Source of the DNA: Camelus dromedarius
Taxonomy: Eukaryota
Reading direction: 5' to 3'
NCBI RefSeq assembly: GCF_036321535.1
Contig: NC_087437.1
Span: forward strand, 11,720,001 to 11,784,000
Length of the DNA stretch: 64,000 nucleotides
Within the stretch, counting starts at the first letter, position 1. Every line of letters begins with the position of its first letter. Below, piece after piece: positions 1 through 12,920 of this stretch. The notes under the pieces were generated by a model, which worked only from the letters and a program-made list of their open reading frames with translations, was not told the origin of the DNA and did not search any database. The position numbers and the translations under genes are program-made.

Positions 1-532
1 TAACTCCCACTCCCCTTATATTGCCCATCCCGCCCTCCCCACTGGTAACCCCTAGTTTGTTCTCTGAGTCTGCTTTTTTTTTTTTAATTGTATTTGTTAG
101 TTTGTTGTATTTTGGGGAGTCTACATATAAGTGATATCATACAGTATTTGTCTTTCTCTGTCTGACTTATTTCACTTAGCATAATGCCCTCCAAGTCCAT
201 CCATGTTGCTGCAAATGGCAAAGTTTCATTCTTTTTTATGACTGAGCAGTATTCCAGTCTGTGTATATATCACATCTTTATCCAGTCATCTGTTGATGGA
301 CCCTTATGTTGCTTCCATATCTTGGAAGTTGTAAATAATACTGCTATTAACATCGGAGTGTATGTATCTTTTCAACTTAGTGTTTTTGGCTTTTTTTTGG
401 GGGGGGGTTATATATCCAGGAGTGGAATTGTTGGGTCATTTGGTAGTTCTATTTTTAGTTTTTTGAGAAAACTTCATATTGTTTTCCACAGTGGCTGCAC
501 CAATTTATATTCCCACCAACAGTGTACAAGGG
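1..532 (-). mobile_element. L1 3' end (ORF2 C-terminus and 3' UTR), runs off window start
   Basis: Antisense L1 text (gtgatatcatacagtatttgtctttctctgtctgacttatttcacttagcataatgccctccaagtccatccatgttgctgcaaatggc...ttcccaccaacagtgtacaaggg); same family as 61172-61630. Confidence 0.9.
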
Positions 533-559
533 CTAGAGAAATGACTTTACAGCTACCAA

Positions 560-1579
560 CTTGGCTGTACTGTTGTTAATTTAAATATTTATTGATTCTT
601 CTGTGTTTTCAATGGAAATAATCACATCTGGGAAATAATTTTCATATCTCATTTTTTTTTTGCTTTGCATATGCCATTGGACAAGACCTTAAGTTCTATG
701 TTTGATGGTAATAACATTCTTTTTTTGATTATAATCTTAATTGGAATGTGTCTATGGTGTTTCCATTTTGGCATGTTTGTTATAGTTTTTTAGATATATA
801 GAAATTTAGGAAGTTTCTATTTCTAGTTTTCTGGATATTTTAATAAAAAATTGTTGATAAACATTTACCATTACTTTTTCAGCATCTATTGAACTAATCA
901 TACAATTTTCCTTCTTTAATTCCTTACTAGTGTGTATTGCATGGATGGATTTCCTGATATCAAACTTTCTTGCATTACTGGGATAAATCCTACTTACCTT
1001 ATTTTTTACAACGTTGTTAATTATATTAGTAGAAGGTTTTGTTCTATCTATCTTTTATTTAATTAACTTGGGATCCATGTTCATAAGTGAATGGGATATT
1101 TAACTATCTTGTCATCATTCTATCTTATTGAGGTTTTCAAAATTCTGGCTTTTGATTTTACTAATCTTTGTGATTATTTCAGTGTGTTTTTTATTTCTTC
1201 AATTACTTCACTTATCTCTATTATTGCCTTCCTTCTAGTTTCATTGAATTTCTTTTATTGTTCTATTCCCAGCTTCCTTTGTTATTCCTTTTTTCCCCAA
1301 TGTTTTTTGTTTTGTGCTGTGTGCATTTACAGCTGTACATTTCCTACTACACATTGCTCTAGCTGTGGCCTGAAATTTTTGATAAAATGTTTGTATAGTT
1401 TTCTACCTCTTAATGATTTTAGATTCCCCTTATGAGTTTTTTTGCTCTGGTGGAGGGGTTACTTAGTAATAATTATTCAGTTTCTATACATATGAAGTTT
1501 AAAAATTTATTGGTTTGTTATTGTTCTTCAGTTTTTTCCTAATGGCCAGATGATATAATAGGTATGATATTAATTTTTT
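560..1579 (-). mobile_element. Ancient L1 (L1M/L1ME-like) ORF2 fragment
   Basis: T-rich antisense ORF2-like text, e.g. tttttcagcatctattgaactaatcata...gcattactgggataaatcctactt. Confidence 0.7.
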
Positions 1580-2175
1580 AAATAATTTAATTTTTTCCAA
1601 CTTTAAGGAGGTATTATTGACAAGTAAAAATTATATAAATTTAAGTCATACAATGTGATTTTAAAAAAAATTTTGGAGGGGGGATGTAATTAGGTTTGTT
1701 TGTTTATTTGTGTATTTATTTTAATGGAGGTACTGGGGATTTATCCTAGGAACTTGTTCATGCTAGGCACACACTCTACCACTGAGCTATACCCTCCCCC
1801 CTACAATGTGATTTTTAAAGGTGTACTACATAATGATTTAATATATGTATGTGTTGTAAAATGATTGCCACAATCAAATTAATTAACACATCCATGACCT
1901 CATATAGTTACCACTTTTTTGTTGTTATTGTTGAAGTATAATTGACCTACAACACTGTGTTAGTTCCAAGCACACAGCACAGTGATTCAGTATTTACGTT
2001 ACAAAGTGATCACCAGGGTAAGTCTAGTTACCGTCAGTCGCCATACAAAGTTATTATAACATTATTGACTGTATTCCCCATGCTATACATTTCATTTCTG
2101 TGACTTATTTATTTTTTAAATGGGAGTGTGTAACTCTTAATTTCTCTCACCTATTTCACTCATCCTCCCATGCCC
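1580..2175 (-). mobile_element. L1 3' UTR insertion with two tandem 3'-end modules, inserted in the ancient L1
   Basis: 15-bp TSD tgatattaatttttt at 1565-1579 and 2176-2190; L1 terminal motif ttgaagtataattgacctacaacactgtgttagttcc. Confidence 0.8.
1663..1801 (-). mobile_element. Camelid tRNA-Ala-derived SINE (Vic-1 type)
   Basis: Reverse complement reads ggggagggtatagctcagtggtagagtgtgtgcctagcatg...ccccagtacctccattaaaataaata...aacctaattac; TSD tacaatgtgatttt at 1649-1662 and 1802-1815. Confidence 0.88.
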
Positions 2176-2190
2176 TGATATTAATTTTTT

Positions 2191-3200
2191 TTAATTTATT
2201 AAGGTTTTCATTGTGTTAGTCAACATAATTATTTTGAGTGTTCTCTATTACAGGAAATCTGTGTTCTCTCTTCTCTTTCTTGGGTGTCAACTTTCATATA
2301 GATCTGTATGTTAGTTTTGATAGTTATATTTTTCCTGTCTTTGCTATGTTTAATTTATTTGGTTCCAAGAGAGACATGTTGAAATCTTCAATTCCAATTT
2401 AATTGTTGATGGATCTATTTTTCACTTTCTTTCTCTCAGTTGTTGCTCTACATTTTGTGAGTCTATATTCTTCGGTGCATATGTCCACGCTTTTCCTTTT
2501 TGCACCATATACTGCTGCTCTTTATCTTTTATGCCTTGATCTTTATTTTGTCTGATATTAACATTGTTACTCAGGCTTACATTTGATTTGCTTTCTGGTT
2601 TATTGCTCTTGATATCATAAAGGTACTCCCCTATATTGGTTCTAAAGGTTTTGAAATTTTGCCTTTTACATACATATGAATCATTAATCCATCTGGAATT
2701 GATTTTTGTATATGGTGTGCAACAGGAATCTAATTTTACTTTTTTCTCCATGTAGTTAGCCATCTATTTTTTCCCACTGATCTGAAATGTCAGCTCTATT
2801 ATATAACAAGTTTCCACATACATGTTGTACTAGTTCTGGACTCACTAGTCAGATCTATTTGTCTATTTTTGCACCAAATACATTGGTCTTAGTTACTAGC
2901 TTTTTTGTTTTTTGTTTTTACCAAGTCTTGATATCATGTACAGCAAGTCCTCCTAAGTGTTTATTTTTTCCCCTCTTGAGTATTCTTTGTAAGTATCATA
3001 GTCCTTTGTTCTGCCATATAAGTTTTCAAAAGAGCTTGTTGAACTGCTGAAAATCTTGTTGCCTCTTTTTTAGAATGCCTCAGACTAGCCTCTTCACAAT
3101 ATTGCATCTAGTGTTCGTGAACATGGCTGTTTTCCTTTCTTGCTGTGGTTCTCTTTAATGTGATTCACCTAATTTTTATAATTCTTTGCATAACAGGGAT
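2191..3200 (-). mobile_element. Ancient L1 ORF2 fragments
   Basis: ORF 2422-2763(-) contains the L1 ORF2p motif [11 protein letters not shown]; antisense L1 text throughout. Confidence 0.7.
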
Positions 3201-3301
3201 TCATTTACAGCACTGAGCTGGCATCTGTTCCTGCCATCACTGCCTAATTCTTTGTAGGGCTCAAGTGATAAACACACGACAAAACACAATCTCCTGTATA
3301 T

Positions 3302-3716
3302 AGTCCTAGTCAGCTTGAGCTGCCATAACAAAATACCATAGACTGAGTGGCTTAAACTACAAAAACTTATTTTCTTACAGTTTTTGGAGGCTACAAGTCC
3401 AAGATGGAGATGCTGGCTGATTCAATTTCTGGTGAAAGCTGTCTTCCTCACTTGCAAACAGCTGCCTTTTTCACTGTGACCTCACATGAGGGGAGGGAGA
3501 GAAAAGGCGGGGAGGAGGGGAGGGAGCGAGAGTGGGAGAGTGAGCTCTCTGATGTCTCTTCTTGTAAGGACACTAATCCTTTTGGAGCACAGCTCCACTG
3601 TTATGACCTCATTTAAACTTAATTACCTCCATAAAGGCTGTGTCCTCAAATATAGTCACAGTGGTAGCTGGGGCTTCAACCTATGTGTTTGGGGGAACGC
3701 AGTTCAGTCCACAGCA
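3302..3716 (-). mobile_element. MaLR solo LTR (MLT1A/MLT1B-like)
   Basis: gctgccataacaaaataccatagactgagtggcttaaa...ggaggctacaagtccaagat...ttcagtccacagca matches the antisense MLT1A/B consensus as recalled. Confidence 0.85.
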
Positions 3717-4884
3717 TCGTGCTACCAGGCTCTTCCTCTTACAGTGCGTTGTTTCTCAGGACTAGAAGTAAAAGACACCACCGCTGGCACAGCTCTCCAC
3801 CACGCTGAACACCGTCCTGTCTTCCACCCTGCTGTGTTCTGGCAGCTAAAGTTTCAGTATGATTGTAAAGTGCTTGAAGGGTATTCCTCTGGAAACCTGG
3901 AAAGGCAGAAACGTGCAGGAAAATGTTGCCCATTTTTCTTACCGCCACAGGTCCATTGGAGAAAGTGGAAAAGAGATGAAGTATTTACTCCATTCTTTCC
4001 ACTCTTTTTAAGCAGGAAGGGATGGTCTACCTCATGGGGCAAAGCATCCGTTGGCCACACTCTGGTTTTTCTCCATCCAGTTTCATCAGTTTTATGGTTA
4101 GAAACTCCTTCCAGACGCTAGCTATAAATCAGTTGTATTCATTTTCAGCATTGTTGTAAGCTTTTCTAACTTCAAAGATATTTAGTTGGAAGGCAAAGGG
4201 ACTAGCTCAACGCCCTTCTAAATGGAAACGCCCAACTTTACCGGTTTTCACATTAAATAAATTTATGTTTTTTGGCCACCAAAAAATAAAAACAAAACAC
4301 CCAGAGTGTTGAAATTGGAATTTTTATGAGTGTTTAAATAAGATCCATATTTGCAATCATAGCTATTTCCCCTTTTTGTGGGCCTCTCATCAACACTGTG
4401 AAAATCCTAGAGGCCAAATAAATGAAGAGAAGCCTGCCAGAGTCACATACTATATTGAAATGGGTTTGGATGTTTTTCAAGATTTTACTATTTTTCTCTA
4501 TTTATCACAAGAGTATAACAGTTTAGTTAAATGCTTTCCTGAGGGTGGGCTCTTTTGTGTTTTGATCAACAGCAATTCTTCTTCAGTTATATATGATATG
4601 ATGTGATGTTAATCTAATGCCAAAATAATATTTCCATAGTTTTCCAGTGTTGATAATAAACAATCCATACAAATGTGTTTTATCTTTCATATTTTGAAGA
4701 CTGAGATAGAGTTCTAAACTGAAAAAAATTTATCTTTTTAGGGGCCAAAGTTTATAAACTCCTGCCACAAGACCTTGCCTTATTATAATGATGTATACGT
4801 GTTTTAAGAACAAAGACTTAGCATTCAGGCACTTCTGTTTAAGGTTGAGTGAATAATTAAAGCTTTCTAAATTTTAGCTTTCTA

Positions 4885-5012
4885 ATACATTAAATGGAAA
4901 ATATAACGATACCTACCTTATAGAATTTATATGACATTTACAATATTTATTTAGCATAGTGCTTGCCATAAATGAACATTCCCTGAAAGTTGACCATTTG
5001 TTAACTATTATT
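4885..5012 (+). mobile_element. MIR SINE fragment
   Basis: aaatggaaaatataacgatacctaccttatag...tagcatagtgcttgccata...tgttaactattatt resembles the MIR core and 3' part. Confidence 0.55.
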
Positions 5013-5879
5013 GTTCTTGTGAATTATACTAAAGATTAAATGGAGTTTTCTAGTTTTGTGTCTTCTAAAACAGTAGTTTACAAACCAAATGATACTACAT
5101 ACTGGTAAGCTGTCTACACGCTAGATCCCATAAGTGAGAAAAAAAAAAAATCTAAGCTTAACTAGTTTTGTTGAGGGAGTGTCTTGGCGAGGAACTGAGA
5201 AAAATCATAAAATATGCCTGTTCCTTGAAATCTTAGAGGATAATGGACAAATCCCATTTTGACAGTGTTATTTTTCCTGTATTGAGAATCGAAGTACGTA
5301 CAACTTCTGGAAACATGGCAATCAAAGGCCATTTCTTTGTACTTTCCATCCTAAACCAACTAGGAAAACGCAATATAAGCTCTTATTAAAAAGAAGTTGG
5401 AATTTTGTCCTATTTTGTCCTTCCAGGAATTTCAAAGATCTAGTTTTCATCCTAAACGTCTAGTTTCTATCTCAAATGACAAAATGGAAAAATTTTTCCA
5501 ATAAAGATAATCTGCTCTTTTTGTGCTAATCCATTGTTCAAAGAGCAACATTGTCATGCATGACTTTTCTCTTCTGAATAAGTCTCCTGACTGAAGGAGC
5601 AGTGGCGATGCCCCAGGGTAGACCCACACATGTGGGTAATTTGTGCTGTAAAAGAAAGATGGATAAAGGCCCCTGTTGGCCACATCTCCTCTCTTCTTCT
5701 GCCCTCAGCAATTAAACAGTCATGCTCCAAACATGCACACCCTGCCAACATGTACCTGAACCCAGCCCTTTTCATGGGACGTTGCTTTAATAATCGCCAG
5801 TGACCATTTGATTATGCCTCATTGGAATATTGTCTCTACTCAAGGGATTTATTAAATTATTCCTACAAATCACATACAT

Positions 5880-6360
5880 TGCTGTTCTGGATAGCTAGTG
5901 CTGTGTAACAAAGTACCTCAAAATGTAGTGGCTTAAAACAACCGTTTTATTTTTTCATGGTTTCTGTGAGTCAGGAATTTAGACAGGCTTTTGTGGGCTG
6001 ATTCTTGACTCAAGTCACTTGTTGGAATTGAGCTAGTAGCTTGTCTAGTCTGGGTGTCCAAGACATGCCAGCTGCCTTAACAGAGTGGTGTAAGGCCCCT
6101 TCATGTGGTCTCTATAGGAGAGTACGTGGCTTTTTTACATAGTTGATGGCTTCCCTAGAATGAATGTTCCAAGAGAGGATGATAGAAAGTGGAAGACTTC
6201 TTCTGCCCATGCCCCTGAAGTCACGTAGGATTACTTCCACCTCTTTCTTTTAGTAAAAGTGAGTCACAGGCCCAACCCAGATATAAAGAGAGGGCGAGTG
6301 AATACACAAGACCATGAATCCTGAGGATATGGTTCATGGGGTGACTATCTTGAGAGACTT
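5880..6360 (-). mobile_element. Old MaLR LTR (MLT1F/G/H-like)
   Basis: gctgtgtaacaaagtacctcaaaatgtagtggcttaaaacaacc...gagtcacaggcccaacccagat. Confidence 0.7.
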
Positions 6361-6874
6361 ATCTCTCTGAGAGGAGTGTAGATAAAAACAATTCTTTCAG
6401 TCTTGATATAATTCCAGTGATGCTTTTGTAGCCCTTATAAACTGGCACCTTGGAAACCACCTGGTTGCCCTACTCCTTACCCACGTTCTTTTGAGGCCAA
6501 TGACCTGTGTTAGTTGCTGCAGGGTATGTAGGTGTCTTCTCAGTGGGAATTTGGTAATCTGAATTCATTTCAGAGCCTGATTGCCACATGTGAGCTGATA
6601 AAAGAAAAAGTTTGCAACACTGATCACCAGCTGCACTCCTACTCTGGTGAAAATCTAGCTGGAAGACTCAGCTAGCCCTCTTCATTGCCACATAGCTTAG
6701 TTTGACCCCGTGTTTAATATATAACATCCCTCCGGTTCTATACATCACTGTAATTCAAATCTTAAATAATTGTATTGCATATGCTGATACTTCCGTCCGT
6801 GCTATTTGTTATTGAAATAGCCTTCTTCCTTTCTCCCTGCTTCAGTACTTCCTCCTGACAGTCTCATCTATGAT

Positions 6875-7560
6875 AAATCAAGTGACCCTTTAAAAATCCT
6901 GACAGATCGTGACACTTCTCTGCTTGGAGCCCTTCAGTGGCTGCTCTTTCTTAAGTCAAATCCGAAGTTCTTACAGTCATTTATGAGGTCCTATGTAATC
7001 TACACCCCTTTCTTTCTCCCTGTTCTTATAGATTTGTTCATTTATCCATTCATCCAGCAAATATTTACTTAGTACTTACTATGTGCTGGATGCTGTTTCA
7101 TGTGCAGGGAATACAGCAGTGAACAAAGTGGAGAAAAATACCTGTCTTTGTGGAGTCCCCTGCTTGCTCGCTCTTCTCCATCCGTGTCGGTCTCCTGGCT
7201 GATCCTGGAACATTCCAAGGATGGTCCCATCTCTAGGTCTTTGTGTTTGCTATTCTTTCTGCTTGGGAATGCTTTTCTCCCAAACATCCACATAGCTTGC
7301 TCCTGTACTTCATTTATGTTAAAATACCACCTACACAGAGTCTATTTCTTGACTTCTCTATAGAAAAATAGTAGCTACCCCCATACCATATTATCTTCCC
7401 CCTCTAATCTTCTTAATATTTATCACCCTATGACAAAGTATATATTTGATTGCTTGCATGTTACCTGGCTCTTTTGAGTAGAATAGGTCTGTAAGGACAG
7501 AGCTTATCTGTGTTATAGCCCCGTCTGAATCATAATAGGCATTCAGTAACTGCTTATTGA
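6875..7560 (+). mobile_element. L2 3' region, containing an opposite-strand L2 tail at ~7030-7160
   Basis: L2-like cccttcagtggctgc...gctattctttctgcttgggaatgcttttctccc; internal ttcatttatccattcatccagcaaatatttac...gaatacagcagtgaacaaa. Confidence 0.7.
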
Positions 7561-7667
7561 GGTGGAGAGGGCACAGCTCTGTGGTAGAGCGCATGCTTAG
7601 CATGAACAAGGTCCTGGGTTCAATCCCTAGTACTTCCATTAAAAAATGAATAAATAAATTTTTTTAA
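7561..7667 (+). mobile_element. Camelid tRNA-Ala-derived SINE (short form)
   Basis: A/B-box head agctctgtggtagagcgcatgcttagcatg...ggttcaatccc; A-rich tail; imperfect TSD aactgcttattga/aagtgcttgttga (7548-7560/7668-7680). Confidence 0.88.
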
Positions 7668-8506
7668 AAGTGCTTGTTGAATAAATTTTTGGATTCAGCA
7701 ATATGAATTCTGTTAACAAAACCCCCAAATAGCTCCTCAATAATTACAAATCCCCTACCTGCCTTTATATTTATCTAGACCACTCCACTGCAGATGAGAT
7801 TGCATTCGATGATTTGAACCCTTTCTCTCAACGTTGACTACATTATAACCAATATTTACCTACAGTAGCGCAAGGAGAGAGGCAGCACTAACCCTGCTCT
7901 GTGGTTACACAGAACGATGTAAGGCTTCATTTGAATTTCGTTAAGAGAAACTGTATGGGAAAAGGATCTTGAGTTACCATCTATAGATTATCCATATTTT
8001 TATATTCATACATCATGCTCACTCCCAATTTATTCTGTTAGGCAGTGAAGCAGCAGGTATCAATGTCCTTTCATTAAAAAGCTACCCAAATTAAACCAGC
8101 ACTATTTAAAGTCACATTGCATGAAATGGGCCATCATGCATAGTGTAGTAACAACTCTACAAATAAAATGGAGACCAGAACAGGATTTTAAAAAAAAATT
8201 TTTGTCACTAGAGATTCTTAAATTGATCAGTTTAGGCACAAAAACCCACTTATTTGTCATTCAGAGAATTTAGATAATGCCTTGCTATAAGCCATGCTGC
8301 TTATGTGGAGAGATTCTTTTCAATCTTTTCTACCCTTAACTTTTAAGTTACATAGAATTTTGAGCTATTGTAACAATATTAACTCAAAAAAGCAAAAAAA
8401 AAAAATATTAATGGATGCTGAGTTCTTCTGGTAGATCTGAAGCAATAGAAAGTAAAATGTAATCATTACTAATGAAAGACATATTAATATCATTGATAAT
8501 TTCATA

Positions 8507-8834
8507 CAGGGTTCAAAGTCAAGGCCACAGGACCAATCTGCCTAACCCTTATTTTGGTTCAGCCTGAGAGCTAAGAATGGTTTTTTATATTTTTAAATGG
8601 CTGGAAAAAATCAAATAAAGAACTCTGCATGACACGTGAACATTCTATGAAATTCAGATGTCAGTGCCCATAAGTGAAGTTTCACCCGGACACAGCTCCA
8701 ACTGTGTGTTTACATATTGTCTGTGGTGGCTTTCATGTAAAGTAGACCTGAACAGTTTCAAGAGGGATCATTTGGCCCCAAAAGTCTAAAATATGAACCG
8801 TATGGACTTTTTCAGGAAAAGTTTACTGACTCTG
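8507..8834 (+). mobile_element. hAT-Charlie DNA transposon (MER58B-like)
   Basis: caggg start, gagctaagaatggttttt...ttaaatggctggaaaaaatcaa...aaaagtttactgactctg end. Confidence 0.8.
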
Positions 8835-10044
8835 AGTTAGTACACTGATCTGAAATTTTGTCGGTAGACCATGTGCCTCAGAATTAACAGAAAAAAACAA
8901 AACAAAACAAAACAAAAAACCAAAAAAAACCCAAAGTGCAAATTTGTTGTCTTGCCCTGAGACTTCTTGCCCAGTGTCTGTGGAGCAGTGTCAGGCTCCA
9001 GACCTACGAGTCTCTGGTGGGTAGTCTGCAGCATGGGTGGGGACCCCCCACCTCACTGCACGTGTCCTTCTAGTACAGATTGGGTGGGATTTTTCCCTTG
9101 TTCATCACATCTCACCCACTCTGGACATCACTGTAAATAACATTCTCAGAAGGCAAACTCTCTGGTTGGTAATGCCAGCACACATTTTTCTCAGGGTTTG
9201 TTTACATCCTTAGAGTATTTTTAGTTACATGTTTATGTTAATACGAGAACTTAAATAGGGTAATATAATTTAAAGAGACAAAATCCATAAAGTGATATTG
9301 CAGATTAAACTACTTGCCACGTAGAACAGATTAAGTGCCAACATTGCTAGTTTCACGCTAGTTTAGATTTGAAGTGAAGATGGTGTTGAATCATGAATTG
9401 TGCCTGGAGAAGAAAGAAGATTGGGCTCATGTATTGGATAAAACAAGGAAATCTGTATTTCAGTGTACTACACAGAAGCAAAGGTGTTAATCTATCACTC
9501 TGTATCAAGTCTAAGCAAGGAGTTTTGATCTGAGTCTTTTAAAATAGAACCAGAAATGCACCAAGTACCTAGAAGCCCTCACAGACAGGGCTTGCTTCCA
9601 GATTCCCTGTGTGGCTCTATTTAATTTGGCTCTTCTATGAAGATATTTATGTTTTATAATGTCATTTACTTTTTTCAGGATTTAATTATTAAAAGTCTGG
9701 CTTTTAAAATAACGTTTTCTTAGTGTAATAAATACACGTTATTTTATATGATTTGTATGCCTTTTTAAATAAAGGGCGAGAGAGTGATCACTAACTCTCT
9801 TCTCGCCATTTCTCGTTCTGAAGTTGCGTGAGAAGAATTTGCACTTCAGTTCTGTAGATTCGTTTTGCTGTTGTCCTCTGGTGTCAGGCAGCCAACATTG
9901 CCACGTTGTCTGAGATCTCCCTCAGTTTGATCGATGCAGACTTTCTTTCTTCCTCTTACCAGTCAAAGTATCTGGGTCAAGTCCAATATCCAGTTCCCAC
10001 CTCCTCCCTGGCCACACACTGCATTCCTCATACTTTTGTCTGTG

Positions 10045-10270
10045 TGTTCACTAGTTTTCATTCTAGAAATATTTGCTGTGCAACTTCTGTGTGTCCAACT
10101 ATGTGCGAGGTCCTGGGGATACAGTGATGAAGGTGATGGCTGTAGCTCTGGTACTTAACACTGCTTAAAGGCTACACCTGAGACAGACACTTAAAACAAT
10201 TAGGGTCAAGTGTTTTAAAAAAGGAAGACAAAGTCCTGAGGGAGCTGACAGCTTACCCTACTAACCTAGA
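10045..10270 (-). mobile_element. L2 3' tail fragment
   Basis: aaatatttgctgtgc...tgtgcgaggtcctggggatacagtgatgaa. Confidence 0.55.
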
Positions 10271-10458
10271 GTTCAGATATTTTACCCCAAGGCGTTAATA
10301 TCTGGTGATGCTGCGTCACAGCTCCCACTGGCACTGCCATTTAAAAAAATAGCTCTTTTTATTATTGTTGTTGTTGTTATTATTATGTAGTTAGTCTTAC
10401 TACTTCTTATTTGCAGAGTGCAATGATATCAACTCCATTGTGATTAAATAAGTTCCCT

Positions 10459-10900
10459 CTGTGTCTTAATCACGACTTCATTCGGTTGTAAAAAAACAGA
10501 ACCCAGCCTGACCCGTTTAAGCAAAGAGGCGGAAGCCACAATAGTAGCTGAGAGCTACGTTGTACAACCAACCCAGGGACAGACGGAGGTGTAGGCGGGT
10601 TCACGGACAACAGGAGCTCTGAACTTGAACCTCTTCCGCTTTCCCTTTATCTCCATGCTTCTCATCTAGGTTCCTCTATACTCTTTATATCATATACTGC
10701 TTCTGCCATGATGGCAGAAATAGACTATTTTTTTCCCAGTTGAAATCTGAAAAAGCTCAGAGAAGAACTCAGCGATCATTTCTGGACCATTCCCATATGG
10801 CCATGGGAAAGGCTGGACACTTTCCACTTTGGCCACGTGATGGAGGAGGGGAAGAGGTCACGGTTCCCAGGAGAAGGCAGGGGTGATGAGCACATGACAC
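10459..10900 (-). mobile_element. Old MaLR LTR (MLT1J/K-like)
   Basis: Terminal motif ggttgtaaaaaaacagaacccagcctgacccgtttaagcaaa; body highly degraded. Confidence 0.45.
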
Positions 10901-11871
10901 TATAAAGATCTATTTGCTATACTTGGAAGGCAACCCACTAAGGTTTCCAAGTTCCAGGCATATATTAATATTTGGGATTCAAGAATAAGACATCAGAATT
11001 CTTGGAATTTCCAAAATTATACATCATTTTGAAAAGACATTCGGTGTTCTTCATACTTTTAAGATTTATTATTATGGCTATCTCTAAAGACTTGATTAAT
11101 AAGAAATATTAAGTTTGGAAGCTATTAGCCAAGATCCATAGCATACTGTGAATGTTCAGACACTGGAAAATGCCAGCAAAATTTAATAGGTAGTATTCAA
11201 ATAATGTAACATTTAGATCTTCTAGCAAGGCTAACAATGCCACGCCAAACCACGTGTCTGAATTGCCGATTTAAGGCCTTATTTTGTTTCTTGTACTCAC
11301 TGTTCATTGGAACACCTTCGGTAGGATTTGTAAACGCATTCTGTGCATATACTGTGAACACACAATGTGGCAACAGCTCCAAGCCAGAGTATTTGATTAA
11401 ACTGTGCTTTTTTTTTTTTTTTTTAATGTGGCCCTGTCCTGGTTCCTGGAAAAGCCGACCTTGACCTTCAACTTCAAGTGTCAGCTTTTACTTCTCTTGC
11501 TTTCAACTTGATGTCTGTGAATTTCTTAGAAGCAGTAAGGTCTCTGTGTTGATTGTTAAGGTTTAATTCTTGCCAGAGAATTGTAATGATTTCTCCTGAC
11601 TTCTCAATAGTTTCTTCTTGAAATTCAGAATTTGTGAAACCATTTCTCATGACGCGTTGAGAAGGGATTTCTATCTGAAAACACTGCTATTTATACTTAA
11701 TTTCTGTAGAGAAATGTGTTTCAAGTTCCACATTGAGAAATGTGTTCTCAAGTTTCAAGACTGATTTATCACTGTGAAAACTCTTGAAAATACCCTTTAC
11801 TGGCAAAGGGGCTTTATAACATGGCCTATGCAATTATTCTTCCTTTCTCTGGAGCAGAGATGAAACAATTA

Positions 11872-11970
11872 TTTTTTTTTTATTGAAGTATAGTTGATTT
11901 ACAATGTGTTAATTTCTAGTGTATGGTGTATTGATTCAGTTATACACATATATATATTCTTTTTCATCAG
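11872..11970 (-). mobile_element. Very short 5'-truncated L1 3' terminus
   Basis: poly-T then attgaagtatagttgatttacaatgtgttaatttctagtgta; flanking aattatt repeat. Confidence 0.75.
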
Positions 11971-12811
11971 AATTATTATATTATTACCTATTGCTGACAG
12001 GCTCTGAATGCCTCTTCTCAAAAGAGTTTCATATGTAATTCAGCAAAGTAAGGGAGGCTGCTCTGCTTTGTGAGTTTCTTAGATAAACTTTGTCCAGATG
12101 TGATGCTCGCTTACAGTTTTAACACTGGTGTTGGAGAATAAGGGATAAAAGAAACATTTTCATCAGTTTTTCAAGTAAGTTAAGAAAGTTTGACACAATA
12201 CTGGCATACCCATCTGTGCCAGGGGACGTTATAAAAGGGGTCCAAGCATCTTCTTCCTTTGAAGCATTCATGCCTGTGTACCTCCAGGGCTTGACTGTGG
12301 ACTGGGGACAGATTCCTCTGGGGCTGGCCATTAATTCTGGGCATCCAAAGTGTTATAAATATTTGAAAGAAGAAAATAATCCCTCTGGCAGAGGGCTGAA
12401 AGGCAGTCTGGCAATGTGTCGACTTGGGGAGATTTTCGTGAGAACTGAAAATGAAAGAAACAAAGTGACAAGTCGCTGACACCATGGGATGGTTCTAATA
12501 GTTCACTTGTGTGTCTACCAAACACATGGAGTAAACCCTAAAGGACTGAACACTGTAAGAGAGGAAGGCGTGAAGTCAGGTACCTGGTATGCAGACATTC
12601 AGCAGATGTTTGTTGCATTGCGTTAAAGTTGGGGCATCCTACCCTGATCCATGAACCAAGACACAACTGAAAAACTCTTAAAAGCTCATCTGAAGTCGTT
12701 CATAAGCCAGGACAAATGAACGTAAGGCTACGTTACCACAGCAGACACTCAACCCATCACCGCCTTAGTAATCACAATCCTTACTCACCTAGAGTTTTCA
12801 AGAACAGCAAT

Positions 12812-12920
12812 CACATATGAGTGATATCACATGGTATTTTTCTTTCTCTTTCTGGCTTACTTCAGAGATTGACACATTGTAATTGATTGTATGTCAATTA
12901 AAAAAAAAGAAAAGAAAAAA
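12812..12920 (+). mobile_element. Tiny 5'-inverted (twin-primed) L1
   Basis: 12812-12863 is antisense L1 (cacatatgagtgatatcacatgg...cttacttc), fused to sense terminus agagattgacacattgtaattgattgtatgtcaatt and poly-A; both parts match the L1 at 22225-22799. Confidence 0.8.

Noticed and set aside
3486..4121. 211-aa ORF, the longest in the window
   Set aside because: It starts inside a MaLR LTR, and has no recognisable domain or coding-like composition.
7561..7640. tRNA-Ala(AGC)-like sequence as a tRNA gene
   Set aside because: It has an A-rich tail, a TSD and a degenerate acceptor stem, and three related copies are in the window, so it is a SINE.
9775..9849. Two adjacent hairpins as an H/ACA snoRNA or miRNA
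   Set aside because: The stems are short and bulged, and there is no H box between them or ACA tail.
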